Below, one piece after another: positions 1 to 8,854 of a stretch of DNA of 32,000 bases (position 1 is the stretch's first letter; every line of letters begins with the position of its first letter). A program made the translations under genes and the position numbers. Below the pieces are notes generated by a model, which was not told the origin of the DNA, made no database searches, and saw only the letters and a program-made list of their open reading frames with translations. Origin of the DNA: Clostridiales bacterium (GTDB taxonomy: Bacteria; Bacillota; Clostridia; Saccharofermentanales; Saccharofermentanaceae); assembly GCA_017428545.1 (NCBI GenBank), contig JAFRQR010000003.1, positions 17,311-49,310 of the forward strand, given 5' to 3'.

Positions 1-3000
1 TGTCAGAAAGAGTTCGGTCAAGCCGCCTACTTCGGAGACATTCACAGCGTCGGTCTCGCCTATACGACTATCACCGACGAAGACCTTGAAATCCAAGTCA
101 CCGCAAACCTCAAAGAGCCGAGCATAGACAAATTTATTGCCGGCGTTCTTGTGGAACGGCAGTTCTTTGAAAGCCTTCGTGAAATGTGCGACTTCCTTGA
201 AACTCTCGATTTCAACGAGCTTACCGATTACACCGACGAGCAGATAGAGATCGCCAAGAGTCAAGGAAAACAGGCTGAACCCGAAAAGACTGAAGCTCCG
301 CTCGCCCCTCCGCCTCAGAAGGTAAAACGAGACCTAACACCGCATATTCTTTATCCCGAGATCAAGTCTGATTATCGGACGAACTTCAAGATCGAGGATG
401 ACGACATCGGCGTCGGTACTCCGCTTGAACGGTTTCACCATAACATTATGGCGATCCAACTCCTTCACAAACTGGAGGGCGAACACCGACTCGCGGATAC
501 CAATGAACAGCGTATCCTTTCCGATTACGTCGGGTGGGGCGGTCTATCTGAGTTCTTTGAGGAAACCAATCCGCACTACAACGAACTTCGCGCAGTGCTG
601 AATGATGAGGAGCTTGCCTCTGCCCGCGAATCGACGCTGACGGCGTTCTATACGCCTCCGGTTGTCATTAAGAGCATCTATCAAGCGCTTGAGAATATGG
701 GGTTCAAGAACGGCAATATCCTTGAGCCCTCGTGCGGTATCGGCAATTTTATGGGTCTCGTCCCGGACGGAATGAGCGAATCGAGGATCTACGGGGTAGA
801 GCTCGACAGCGTTTCCGGCAGGATCGCACAACAGCTTTATCAGAGGAACAATATCGCCGTTCAGGGATTTGAAAGTACCGATCTTCCCGACAGTTTCTTC
901 GACGCTGCGGTCGGCAACGTGCCTTTCGGTCAGTTCAAAGTGCCGGATAAGAAATACGACAGATATAATTTCAATATTCACGACTATTTCTTCGCTCGAA
1001 CGCTCGATAAGGTCAGACCGGGCGGCGTTATCGCATTCATCACCTCTCGCTTTACAATGGACAAGGAAAACCCATCAGTGCGGAAATATATTGCGCAAAG
1101 AGCCGATTTGCTCGGAGCTATCCGCTTACCGAAAAACACCTTCAAGGATGCGGCGGGAACGGAAGTAACGGCAGATATTCTTTTCCTTCAAAAACGCGAC
1201 AGACTCGTAGATATCGAACCCGATTGGGTCCATCTCGGAACAGACGAAAACGGGATCACGATGAACCAATACTTCATCGACAACCCCGACATGATCGTCG
1301 GTGAGATGAAAACGGTCAGCGGACCGTTCGGCCCGGAACCCACCTGCGCCCCGTATGAGGATCAGACGCTTGCGGAGGGGTTGAGCGAAGCTGTTCAGAA
1401 TATCCACGCCGAATTCACCGAGGTCGAGCTTGACGACCTTATCGACGGAGAAGAGGACAACAGTATTCCCGCAGATCCGAGCGTTCGAAATTTTTCCTAT
1501 ACCGTCATTGACGGTAAGGTGTATTACCGCATCAACAGCCGGATGAATCCCATCGACGTTTCCGTTACAGCGGAAAACCGGATAAAAGGGATGATAAAGC
1601 TTCGCGACTGCACAAGACAGCTTATCGAGTATCAGATGGAAGACTGGCCGGATGATGTGATATCCGCCAAACAGAAGGAACTGAACGAAATATATGACGC
1701 GTTCAGCAAGAAATATGGGATCATCAACAGCCGCGCCAACTCTTCCGCTTTTAATCAGGACAGCGCGTACTACCTGCTGACCTCTCTTGAAAACCTCGAC
1801 GACGAGGGAAACTTCGTCGGGAAAGCGGATATGTTTACCAAAAGGACCATCCGTCAGAAGGTCATCGTAACGAGCGTGGACACCGCGTCGGAAGCTCTTG
1901 CACTTTCACTTGCCGAGAAAACGAAAGTGAATATGCCGTATATGTGTGAACTCACCGGCAAGACAGAAGAAGAGATTGCGGGAGAACTGCGCGGAGTTAT
2001 CTTCCTTAACCCGATGAACAGAGGGGACGACGATGAGGAACGTCCGAAATATCTTCCCGCAGACGAGTATTTGTCAGGCAATATCCGCGAAAAACTCGAG
2101 TGGGCAAAGCGCAGCGCGGAACTTTATCCGGATGATTACAACGTAAACGTTCAGGCGCTCGAAAAAGTGATGCCTAAGGATCTTTCCGCAAGCGAGATCT
2201 CCGTCCGCCTCGGGGCGACCTGGATTCCCAAGGAAGATATAGACTCGTTTATGTGGGAATTGTTCGATACGGCGTATTGGATGAGAAGAAACATCTCTTC
2301 CCGTTTCGTCCCGTATACCGGAGAGTGGAGCATTGAGGGAAAAACGTACGACAGGGGGAATATAAAGGTTCACAGTACCTATGGTACGGAAAGAAGGAAC
2401 GGTTATCAGATCCTCGAGGATACGCTCAACCTCCGGGACGTGAGAGTCTTCGATTACTTCGAAGACGAAAACGGAAGGAAAATCGCCGTGCTCAACAAGA
2501 AGGAAACGGCGATCGCTCAGGGAAAACAGCAGCTTATCAAAGAGGCTTTCTCGGAGTGGATCTGGAAAGATCCTGACAGGCGCGAAAGACTTACGAAACT
2601 ATACAATGAGAAGTTCAATTCGACACGTCCGCGTGAGTACGACGGCAGTCACCTGAACTTTGTCGGAATGAATCCGGAAATCACCTTGAGACCTCACCAA
2701 GTGAACGCTATCGCTCATATTCTCTACGGCGGGAATACCCTTCTTGCTCATGTGGTAGGCGCTGGGAAAACGTATGAGATGGTCGCCGCGGCGCAGGAGA
2801 GCAAACGGCTCGGACTTTGCCATAAAAGCCTGTTCGTCGTGCCGAATCACCTGACGGAACAGTGGGCGTCGGAGTATCTTCAACTCTATCCTTCCGCCAA
2901 CATCCTCGTAGCGACCAAGAAGGATTTTGAGACAAAAAACCGCAAGAAGTTCTGCGGGAGGATCGCGACGGGAGACTATGACGCGATCATCATCGGTCAC

Positions 3001-5157
3001 AGCCAGTTTGAGAGGATACCTATGTCGGTCGAAAGGCAGATCGCCATGCTCGAACAGCAGGAACGGGAGATCATACAGGGAATCGAGGAACTGAAATACA
3101 ACCGCGGAGAACGCTTTTCAATAAAGCAGATGGAGAAAGCGCGCAAGGCGGTGCGTCAGAAGCTTGAAAAGCTTAACGATCAATCCCGCAAGGACGACGT
3201 TGTGACATTCGAGGAACTCGGCGTCGACCGACTGTTTATCGACGAGGCGCACTTTTACAAAAACCTTGCCGCGTTCACAAAAATGAGGAACGTCGGAGGT
3301 ATTTCTCAGACCGAGGCGATCAAATCGAGCGATCTGTATATGAAGTGCCGGTATCTCGATGAACTGACAGGAGGACGAGGCGTCGTCTTTGCGACCGGAA
3401 CGCCTATCTCCAATTCAATGGTCGAGATGTACACGATGCAGAAGTATCTTCAGTACGCAACGCTAAAAAGAAACGACCTCATTCATTTCGATTCGTGGGC
3501 GTCGACATTCGGAGAAACGGTTACAGCGATAGAACTCGCTCCCGAGGGGAACGGATACCGCGCAAAGACGCGGTTCGCCAAATTCTACAATCTTCCTGAA
3601 CTGATGTCTATGTTCAAGGAAGTCGCGGATGTTCAGACTGCGGATATGCTCGATTTGCCCGTTCCAAAAGCAAACTATCACAACATCGTTCTGAAGCCAT
3701 CCGAGCATCAGAAGAAAATGGTCGAGTCTCTTTCCGAGCGCGCCGAAAAGGTCCGGAACAGAATGGTCAATTCAAGCGTTGACAATATGCTCTGCATTAC
3801 CAACGACGGGCGAAAGCTCGCTCTCGATCAGCGTCTTCTCAACGATATGCTCCCGGACAGCGAGACGGGCAAGGTGTCCGCGTGCGCCGACAACGTTTTT
3901 GATATCTGGCAAAGGACTGCAGATCAGCGTTCCACGCAGTTGGTGTTCTGCGACCTGTCCACTCCGAAAGGAGACGGTTCCTTCAACGTATACGACGATC
4001 TGAAAGCAAAGCTCATCGCCAAAGGTATTCCCAACGCGGAGATCGCTTTCGTTCACTCCGCAGAGACCGAAAGCAAGAAGAAGGAATTGTTCGGGAAAGT
4101 CAGGAGCGGACAGATCCGCGTACTTATCGGTTCCACGCAGAAGATGGGTGCGGGAACGAACGTGCAGAAGAAACTCATAGCTCTTCATCATCTCGATTGT
4201 CCGTGGCGTCCTGCCGATCTTCAGCAGCGCGAAGGCCGCATCATCCGGCAGGGCAACGATAACCCGGAGGTGGAGATCTACACATACGTTACCGAGAACA
4301 CATTCGACAGTTATCTGTATCAGCTTGTCGAGAGCAAGCAGAAATTCATCGGTCAGATCATGACAAGCAAATCGCCCGTTCGGTCGGCGGAAGACGTCGA
4401 CGAACAGGCGCTTTCTTATGCGGAGATCAAGGCTTTGTGTACGGGGAACCCGTATATAAAGGAGAAGATGGATCTCGATATTGACGTGGCGCGGTTGAAG
4501 CTCCTTAAAGCGAATCATTTGTCCCAGCATTACGCTCTTGAGGACAAGATCTTAAAGGATATACCGAAAAAGATCGCTTCACTTGAACAGAGGATTGCCG
4601 GGTTCAAAGTTGATATTTCCCACGCTGAAGCGTATACACATCCGAACGAAGACGGGTTTTCTCCGATGATTATTCAGGGTAAGATCTATACGGACAAGAA
4701 AGCGGCAGGTACGGAGATCCTCGCGGTTTGCAAGAAAATGACGAGTCCGAACCCCATACCGCTTGGCTCATATCGTGGGTTCGATATGGAACTGTCATTC
4801 GATCCGGTGGTAAGGGAGTATATGATTACTCTGAAAAACGAACTCCGTCACACGACTCCGCTCGGAACGGATATCTTCGGCAACATTCAGCGCCTTGACA
4901 ACCTCATATCCTCGTTTCCGGAGAAGCAGAAGGCTTGTGAGAATCAACTCGAGAACGAGAGAGTTCAGCTTGAGAACGCGAAAGAGGAACTCGACAAGCC
5001 ATTTGTTCACGAAGAGGAACTAAAGACGAAATCTGCGCGGCTTGCGGAACTGAACGCGATGCTTGACCTCAACAAGAACGACAACGAGATCGTTGACGGG
5101 GAGCGCGATGAAGAAGAAACACCTGAACCAAGCAGAGATGAAAGGGATTCCAGATGA
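1..5157 (+). CDS. Giant fused N6-adenine DNA methyltransferase + SNF2/DEAD-box helicase typical of conjugative elements (5'-partial; frame open from nt 1)
   Basis: Frame 1 has no stop between nt 1 and the GTG at 151, so the protein probably starts upstream of the window. It carries SAM-binding motif ILEPSCGIGNF (nt 718-750), catalytic-type motif GNVPFG (nt 913-930), helicase Walker A GAGKT (nt 2758-2772), DEAH box (nt 3241-3252, FIDEAHFYKN) and motif VI QQREGRIIRQGN. Total size exceeds 1668 aa. Confidence 0.9.
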   Translation, partial: CQKEFGQAAYFGDIHSVGLAYTTITDEDLEIQVTANLKEPSIDKFIAGVLVERQFFESLREMCDFLETLDFNELTDYTDEQIEIAKSQGKQAEPEKTEAPLAPPPQKVKRDLTPHILYPEIKSDYRTNFKIEDDDIGVGTPLERFHHNIMAIQLLHKLEGEHRLADTNEQRILSDYVGWGGLSEFFEETNPHYNELRAVLNDEELASARESTLTAFYTPPVVIKSIYQALENMGFKNGNILEPSCGIGNFMGLVPDGMSESRIYGVELDSVSGRIAQQLYQRNNIAVQGFESTDLPDSFFDAAVGNVPFGQFKVPDKKYDRYNFNIHDYFFARTLDKVRPGGVIAFITSRFTMDKENPSVRKYIAQRADLLGAIRLPKNTFKDAAGTEVTADILFLQKRDRLVDIEPDWVHLGTDENGITMNQYFIDNPDMIVGEMKTVSGPFGPEPTCAPYEDQTLAEGLSEAVQNIHAEFTEVELDDLIDGEEDNSIPADPSVRNFSYTVIDGKVYYRINSRMNPIDVSVTAENRIKGMIKLRDCTRQLIEYQMEDWPDDVISAKQKELNEIYDAFSKKYGIINSRANSSAFNQDSAYYLLTSLENLDDEGNFVGKADMFTKRTIRQKVIVTSVDTASEALALSLAEKTKVNMPYMCELTGKTEEEIAGELRGVIFLNPMNRGDDDEERPKYLPADEYLSGNIREKLEWAKRSAELYPDDYNVNVQALEKVMPKDLSASEISVRLGATWIPKEDIDSFMWELFDTAYWMRRNISSRFVPYTGEWSIEGKTYDRGNIKVHSTYGTERRNGYQILEDTLNLRDVRVFDYFEDENGRKIAVLNKKETAIAQGKQQLIKEAFSEWIWKDPDRRERLTKLYNEKFNSTRPREYDGSHLNFVGMNPEITLRPHQVNAIAHILYGGNTLLAHVVGAGKTYEMVAAAQESKRLGLCHKSLFVVPNHLTEQWASEYLQLYPSANILVATKKDFETKNRKKFCGRIATGDYDAIIIGHSQFERIPMSVERQIAMLEQQEREIIQGIEELKYNRGERFSIKQMEKARKAVRQKLEKLNDQSRKDDVVTFEELGVDRLFIDEAHFYKNLAAFTKMRNVGGISQTEAIKSSDLYMKCRYLDELTGGRGVVFATGTPISNSMVEMYTMQKYLQYATLKRNDLIHFDSWASTFGETVTAIELAPEGNGYRAKTRFAKFYNLPELMSMFKEVADVQTADMLDLPVPKANYHNIVLKPSEHQKKMVESLSERAEKVRNRMVNSSVDNMLCITNDGRKLALDQRLLNDMLPDSETGKVSACADNVFDIWQRTADQRSTQLVFCDLSTPKGDGSFNVYDDLKAKLIAKGIPNAEIAFVHSAETESKKKELFGKVRSGQIRVLIGSTQKMGAGTNVQKKLIALHHLDCPWRPADLQQREGRIIRQGNDNPEVEIYTYVTENTFDSYLYQLVESKQKFIGQIMTSKSPVRSAEDVDEQALSYAEIKALCTGNPYIKEKMDLDIDVARLKLLKANHLSQHYALEDKILKDIPKKIASLEQRIAGFKVDISHAEAYTHPNEDGFSPMIIQGKIYTDKKAAGTEILAVCKKMTSPNPIPLGSYRGFDMELSFDPVVREYMITLKNELRHTTPLGTDIFGNIQRLDNLISSFPEKQKACENQLENERVQLENAKEELDKPFVHEEELKTKSARLAELNAMLDLNKNDNEIVDGERDEEETPEPSRDERDSR

Positions 5158-5275
5158 AAATGGCAGCGTCGGAAACGACGCTGCCGGATACATTAAGTGC
5201 CAATTGTTATTCTCATACGAAGGGTAACAAGGAACTAAAAGAAAAAGGAATGAATTTGATGAGTTTAAGATTTTT

Positions 5276-5299
5276 AAGGAAGGCTTGCCTTCCTTTTTT
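5276..5299 (+). terminator. Rho-independent terminator downstream of the methylase-helicase gene
   Basis: Stem AAGGAAGG (5276-5283), loop CTTG, stem CCTTCCTT (5288-5295), running into a T-tract (5294-5299). Confidence 0.55.
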
Positions 5300-5317
5300 G
5301 CGATAAGAGATAAATTG

Positions 5318-5394
5318 GTGCGATTAATTCCCTTTTAAAATATCGAAAAGGTGCAATTAATTCACATTCTTTCTTGACTTAATGTGCAACTAAT
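5318..5394. repeat. Three direct copies of GTGC(A/G)A(T/C)TAAT at exact 33-bp spacing (operator/iteron-like array)
   Basis: Copies are GTGCGATTAAT at 5318-5328, GTGCAATTAAT at 5351-5361 and GTGCAACTAAT at 5384-5394. The third copy lies inside the spacer of the promoter at 5374-5402. Confidence 0.7.
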
Positions 5395-5402
5395 GGTATA
5401 AT
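5374..5402 (+). promoter_or_regulatory. Sigma-A/sigma-70 type promoter for the ATPase gene
   Basis: TTGACT (5374-5379), 17-nt spacer, TATAAT (5397-5402). The -10 box overlaps the ORF-track ATG at 5401, which argues that translation starts at the downstream ATG at 5434. Confidence 0.6.
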
Positions 5403-5433
5403 GACGATACTTCAAGAGAACGGAGCGGGTTAT

Positions 5434-6795
5434 ATGTACAGAAATACACTTGAAAATTTGAAGAAGTGGAAAGACAATCCGCGGCGCAAACCGATGATGG
5501 TCTGGGGCGCGAGACAGGTCGGGAAAACTTATCTTGTCAGAGATATCTTTGCCGAAACATTTTATAAAGACAGATATCTTTATATCGATTTTCGAGTTGA
5601 GGACGATATCCGCGATTACTGCGAAAAGCACGTTTCGGCGAAGGAAATAGTCGAGTTTATCGCAGCGGTCAAAAACAAAAAGGTCAACAGGGACACCCTG
5701 CTGATCTTTGACGAAATACAGGAATGTCCCGGCATAATCACCGCACTGAAATACTTCTGTCAGGATATGCGCGAGGTACCAGTAATCGCGACCGGGTCGA
5801 TGGTCAGGATCAAGCTTCAGAGGCTGAGCAGAAAGCGCGGTGCAAAGACAAACAATCCGTTTCTCTTCCCTGTAGGTAAGATCAATCAGATCACCGTCTA
5901 CCCGATGACTTTTGACGAGTATCTCATAAATGCGAACAGGACGCTGTATGATGAAATCTGTTCCGCGTACCGAAAAAAACAGCCGCTCTCCGACGCTTTT
6001 CACAAACTCGCTCTTGATACGGTTTATAAATATTTGCTTATCGGTGGAATGCCCGACGCCGTTCAAACGTTTTTCGACACGGGGAGCTATCTGGAATCCA
6101 GAGAGGTGCTGACCGATTTGTACGACAACTATCTCTCGGATATGGAACTGTATCAGGCAAGCCCGGAATCTATCATACGGTCCAGAAAGATCTTCAAAGG
6201 GATCTATGCGGAACTAAACAAGGAATCCCGGAATTTCAGGCCGGGCATGATTGAAGAAGGAAGCAAAACAAGGGATATGAAAACCCCTATCGACTGGCTG
6301 ACGATGGCTCATATCGTTCATCAGTCGTTCCGGCTGGACGAGCACATATCCACTCCTTTTACAGAGAAAAACGACTCGGACTTCAGGCTTTTCCTGTGTG
6401 ACGTCGGAATGTTTACGTACCAGAGCGGAATCAACTCCGCTTCGTTTATCTCCGGCAATGAGAACAACACTTTATCCGGCATATTCTTTGAAAACTTTAT
6501 CGCGAATGAATTGATCGCCGCGGGCATAGATCTTTATTATTGGTGCGGAAAACATTCATCCGAGCTTGAATTTATCGTTGAGTCGGATAATAAGATTTAC
6601 CCGATTGACGTTAAGAAAAGCAGAGGATCTTTGAATTCGCTCGCAAACTTTGCCAACCACAACAGGTTTGAATTAGCGATTAAAGTATCTTCAAATAATT
6701 TCGGATATAACCCGGAAAGAAAATTATTGACAGTCCCGTTTTATATGTTCTTTCTTGTTGCAAATGAACTTGCAAAAGGCACATTGAAAGTCTGA
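5434..6795 (+). CDS. AAA+ ATPase of the AAA_14/DUF4143 type
   Basis: Walker A WGARQVGKTYL and Walker B LLIFDEIQ, with overall length and layout typical of DUF4143 ATPases. Start moved to 5434 (MYRNTL...), preceded by GGAGCGGG and lying downstream of the promoter. Confidence 0.85.
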   Translation: MYRNTLENLKKWKDNPRRKPMMVWGARQVGKTYLVRDIFAETFYKDRYLYIDFRVEDDIRDYCEKHVSAKEIVEFIAAVKNKKVNRDTLLIFDEIQECPGIITALKYFCQDMREVPVIATGSMVRIKLQRLSRKRGAKTNNPFLFPVGKINQITVYPMTFDEYLINANRTLYDEICSAYRKKQPLSDAFHKLALDTVYKYLLIGGMPDAVQTFFDTGSYLESREVLTDLYDNYLSDMELYQASPESIIRSRKIFKGIYAELNKESRNFRPGMIEEGSKTRDMKTPIDWLTMAHIVHQSFRLDEHISTPFTEKNDSDFRLFLCDVGMFTYQSGINSASFISGNENNTLSGIFFENFIANELIAAGIDLYYWCGKHSSELEFIVESDNKIYPIDVKKSRGSLNSLANFANHNRFELAIKVSSNNFGYNPERKLLTVPFYMFFLVANELAKGTLKV

Positions 6796-6847
6796 TCGTT
6801 TTCCCAATAGGCTCTAAATTTATAAAGTTAATAAAAAGGAAAAATTT

Positions 6848-7984
6848 ATGGTAGATCAAAACAAAGCACTTGATGTTGAAATAAAAAAATTGCAAAGCTT
6901 AAAACGAGAAGGAGATTATTGGGACTTCAAAAGAGAATGGCACAATGATAAAGGTGATTTGCTGCATGACATTATCTGTATGGCTAACAATCTTTCCGGA
7001 CATAACGGATATATCATAATTGGCATAGATGATGAAAATGATTGTAAGGTTATTGATGTTTCAAATGATCCAAATCGCAAAAACACTCAAAATATCATCG
7101 ATTTTTTATCGACAAAGCCGTTTGCGGGAGATATCCGCCCATTTGCATATGTTGAGACAATTCGATTAGATGAAAAAAGCGTTGATGTATTAGTTGTAGT
7201 TTCCGATAGTCGCGTTCCATATTATTTAACAGAGCGCTGTGAAAAAGTCAATCCAAATAACATATACATCCGAGTTGGTGATACTAATACTCCTATTAAC
7301 AAGTCGGCTGATGTCGGAAGGATTGAAAAATTATGGCAAAGGAGATTTGGATTGGATTTGTCTCCGATCGATCGGGTGTTTATATATTTATCAAATCCTT
7401 TCGATTGGGTTGGATTGCACTCCGGGGACGGCTATTACTATAATAAGTTCCCTGAGTTTCGTATTCAGTTTGAAGATGATCCTACTCGGACATCATATGA
7501 ATATTATATGTTTCCTTATGTAAATACTGAATCAAGATGGTTTATAACTCGTATTTATTATCACCAAACTCCTTTAAATGAAATTCTTTGCAATTCGTTA
7601 GGTGGCGAACGATTGTTAGTTTCAGCTCCGGATTGGCTTTATTTAGATCTAACCAGCAGAAGTGGTTTTTTGTATCACAGTTATACTAAGAACTCATTAA
7701 AGTGGATGTTAAATAAACTATTTAACACTAATCAAGATCAAGCAGACCTTGATTTGGATTCACTTTACTCCATTGTTCCGGTTTTTGAAAACGAATATGA
7801 ACGTTCAGATTTTGAAAAATATGTTGCGGGGAAATATGACGCTCAAGAATTAGAAAAATACTCCAATCGCATCGATTCTATTCGCAACATTGACAACGAT
7901 GATTACAAGGAACGACTTGAGAAGGATTTCGAAAATGCACTGTATCTTATTGATATGCTAAATGAATACCGAAGAGCAAAATAG
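6848..7984 (+). CDS. AlbA_2 / Schlafen-like (divergent AAA) domain protein with uncharacterised C-terminal half
   Basis: The N-terminus EGDYWDFKREWHNDKGDLLHDIICMANNLSGHNGYIIIGIDDENDCKVIDV matches the AlbA_2 pattern (E.lEfK ... icAfaN..GG.iiiGv.d). The gene is markedly AT-rich relative to its neighbours. AAAGGA RBS lies before the ATG. Confidence 0.75.
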   Translation: MVDQNKALDVEIKKLQSLKREGDYWDFKREWHNDKGDLLHDIICMANNLSGHNGYIIIGIDDENDCKVIDVSNDPNRKNTQNIIDFLSTKPFAGDIRPFAYVETIRLDEKSVDVLVVVSDSRVPYYLTERCEKVNPNNIYIRVGDTNTPINKSADVGRIEKLWQRRFGLDLSPIDRVFIYLSNPFDWVGLHSGDGYYYNKFPEFRIQFEDDPTRTSYEYYMFPYVNTESRWFITRIYYHQTPLNEILCNSLGGERLLVSAPDWLYLDLTSRSGFLYHSYTKNSLKWMLNKLFNTNQDQADLDLDSLYSIVPVFENEYERSDFEKYVAGKYDAQELEKYSNRIDSIRNIDNDDYKERLEKDFENALYLIDMLNEYRRAK

Positions 7985-8110
7985 TTATTCGATTGTCGTT
8001 TTCATCATATGAACTTGCAAGAGGCTAACTAATGGTTTGATTAAAGCATTTTTCTAAGTCCTAACATTAAAACCGAAAGATTCTCTTATGCCACGCTTCG
8101 AATCGCACAT

Positions 8111-8139
8111 TTGCCGTCTTTCGATGCGTGGCTTATACT
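8111..8139 (+). promoter_or_regulatory. Possible promoter of the metallophosphoesterase gene
   Basis: TTGCCG (8111-8116), 17-nt spacer, TATACT (8134-8139), located 23 nt upstream of the AGGAGG-preceded ATG at 8162. Confidence 0.35.
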
Positions 8140-8161
8140 TTGCCCCAAGGAGGTGAACATA

Positions 8162-8704
8162 ATGGTTTTCTTTATTTCCGATACACATTTCGGACACGCG
8201 AACGTATTGAGACTTTGTGATCGCCCTTTTGAAACAATAGAGCAGATGAACGAAGCAATTATCGGGAACTGGAATCGTCGAGTTACCGGCAGCGATTCAG
8301 TATACATAATCGGAGATATGTTCTTCCGTTGCTCAGATCCTGAATCAATACTTAAAAGACTTCACGGCAAGAAGCACCTTATAATCGGTAATCATGACAG
8401 TTCGTGGATGAATAAGGTTGATCTAAATAAGTATTTTAAGAGTGTTGAGCTTATGGCAATCATATCAGACGGAGCGCACGCTATGACGCTCTGCCATTAT
8501 CCGCTGTTATCGTGGAAGCACGCCAAAACGTCATATATGATACACGGTCATATTCACGCAAATACCGATATGGATTTTTGGCCTCTTATTTTGGCTCGGG
8601 AGAACGTGCTAAACGCAGGAGTGGATTTGAATGGTTTTCAACCGGTTCCCTTTGCCGAGCTTTTTGAGAACAACATAAGATTCAAGGATGAACATGCTAC
8701 ATGA
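8162..8704 (+). CDS. Metallophosphoesterase (calcineurin-like phosphoesterase superfamily)
   Basis: All four MPP motifs are present: FFISDTHFGH, IIGDMF, IIGNHD, IHGHIH. Start set at 8162 (MVFFISD), preceded by the AAGGAGG RBS. The ORF-track start at 8111 overlaps the putative promoter. Confidence 0.85.
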   Translation: MVFFISDTHFGHANVLRLCDRPFETIEQMNEAIIGNWNRRVTGSDSVYIIGDMFFRCSDPESILKRLHGKKHLIIGNHDSSWMNKVDLNKYFKSVELMAIISDGAHAMTLCHYPLLSWKHAKTSYMIHGHIHANTDMDFWPLILARENVLNAGVDLNGFQPVPFAELFENNIRFKDEHAT

Positions 8705-8854
8705 GTATCATGAACAGATATTACTGTAAATATCTTCTGCGGTTTTTGTGATACATAATCACATTTGTCAAGGATAAAGTGTGCAATTTTTCAAAAAATT
8801 CATACTTTTATGACAACAGGCGGCTCGATGGGATTCGAGTCGCCTTGAATGTCT

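Noticed and set aside
3772-4530. 252-aa minus-strand ORF, plus other antisense ORFs between 398 and 5010
   Set aside because: They lie antisense within the methylase-helicase gene, whose motifs validate the plus-strand frame. These are shadow ORFs.
5162-5185. GC-rich 9-bp hairpin GGCAGCGTC-GGAAAC-GACGCTGCC immediately after the helicase stop
   Set aside because: No T-tract follows, so I did not call it an intrinsic terminator. The hairpin at 5276-5299 fits better. It may still be a stabilising or attenuating structure.
5401-5433. ORF-track start codon at 5401 for the ATPase (MTILQENGAGY...)
   Set aside because: This ATG lies inside the TATAAT -10 box (5397-5402) of the best promoter, so it would not be transcribed. 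ATG 5434 with an upstream GGAG-like RBS is preferred.
5362-6066. 234-aa minus-strand ORF
   Set aside because: It is antisense to the AAA/DUF4143 ATPase gene (Walker A/B on the plus strand), and its 5' end would run into the plus-strand promoter.
8747-8763. Palindrome TGTGAT-ACATA-ATCACA resembling a CRP/FNR-type site
   Set aside because: The half-site spacing is N7 between TGTGA and TCACA rather than the canonical N6. It also lies between two convergent gene ends, where no promoter is expected.
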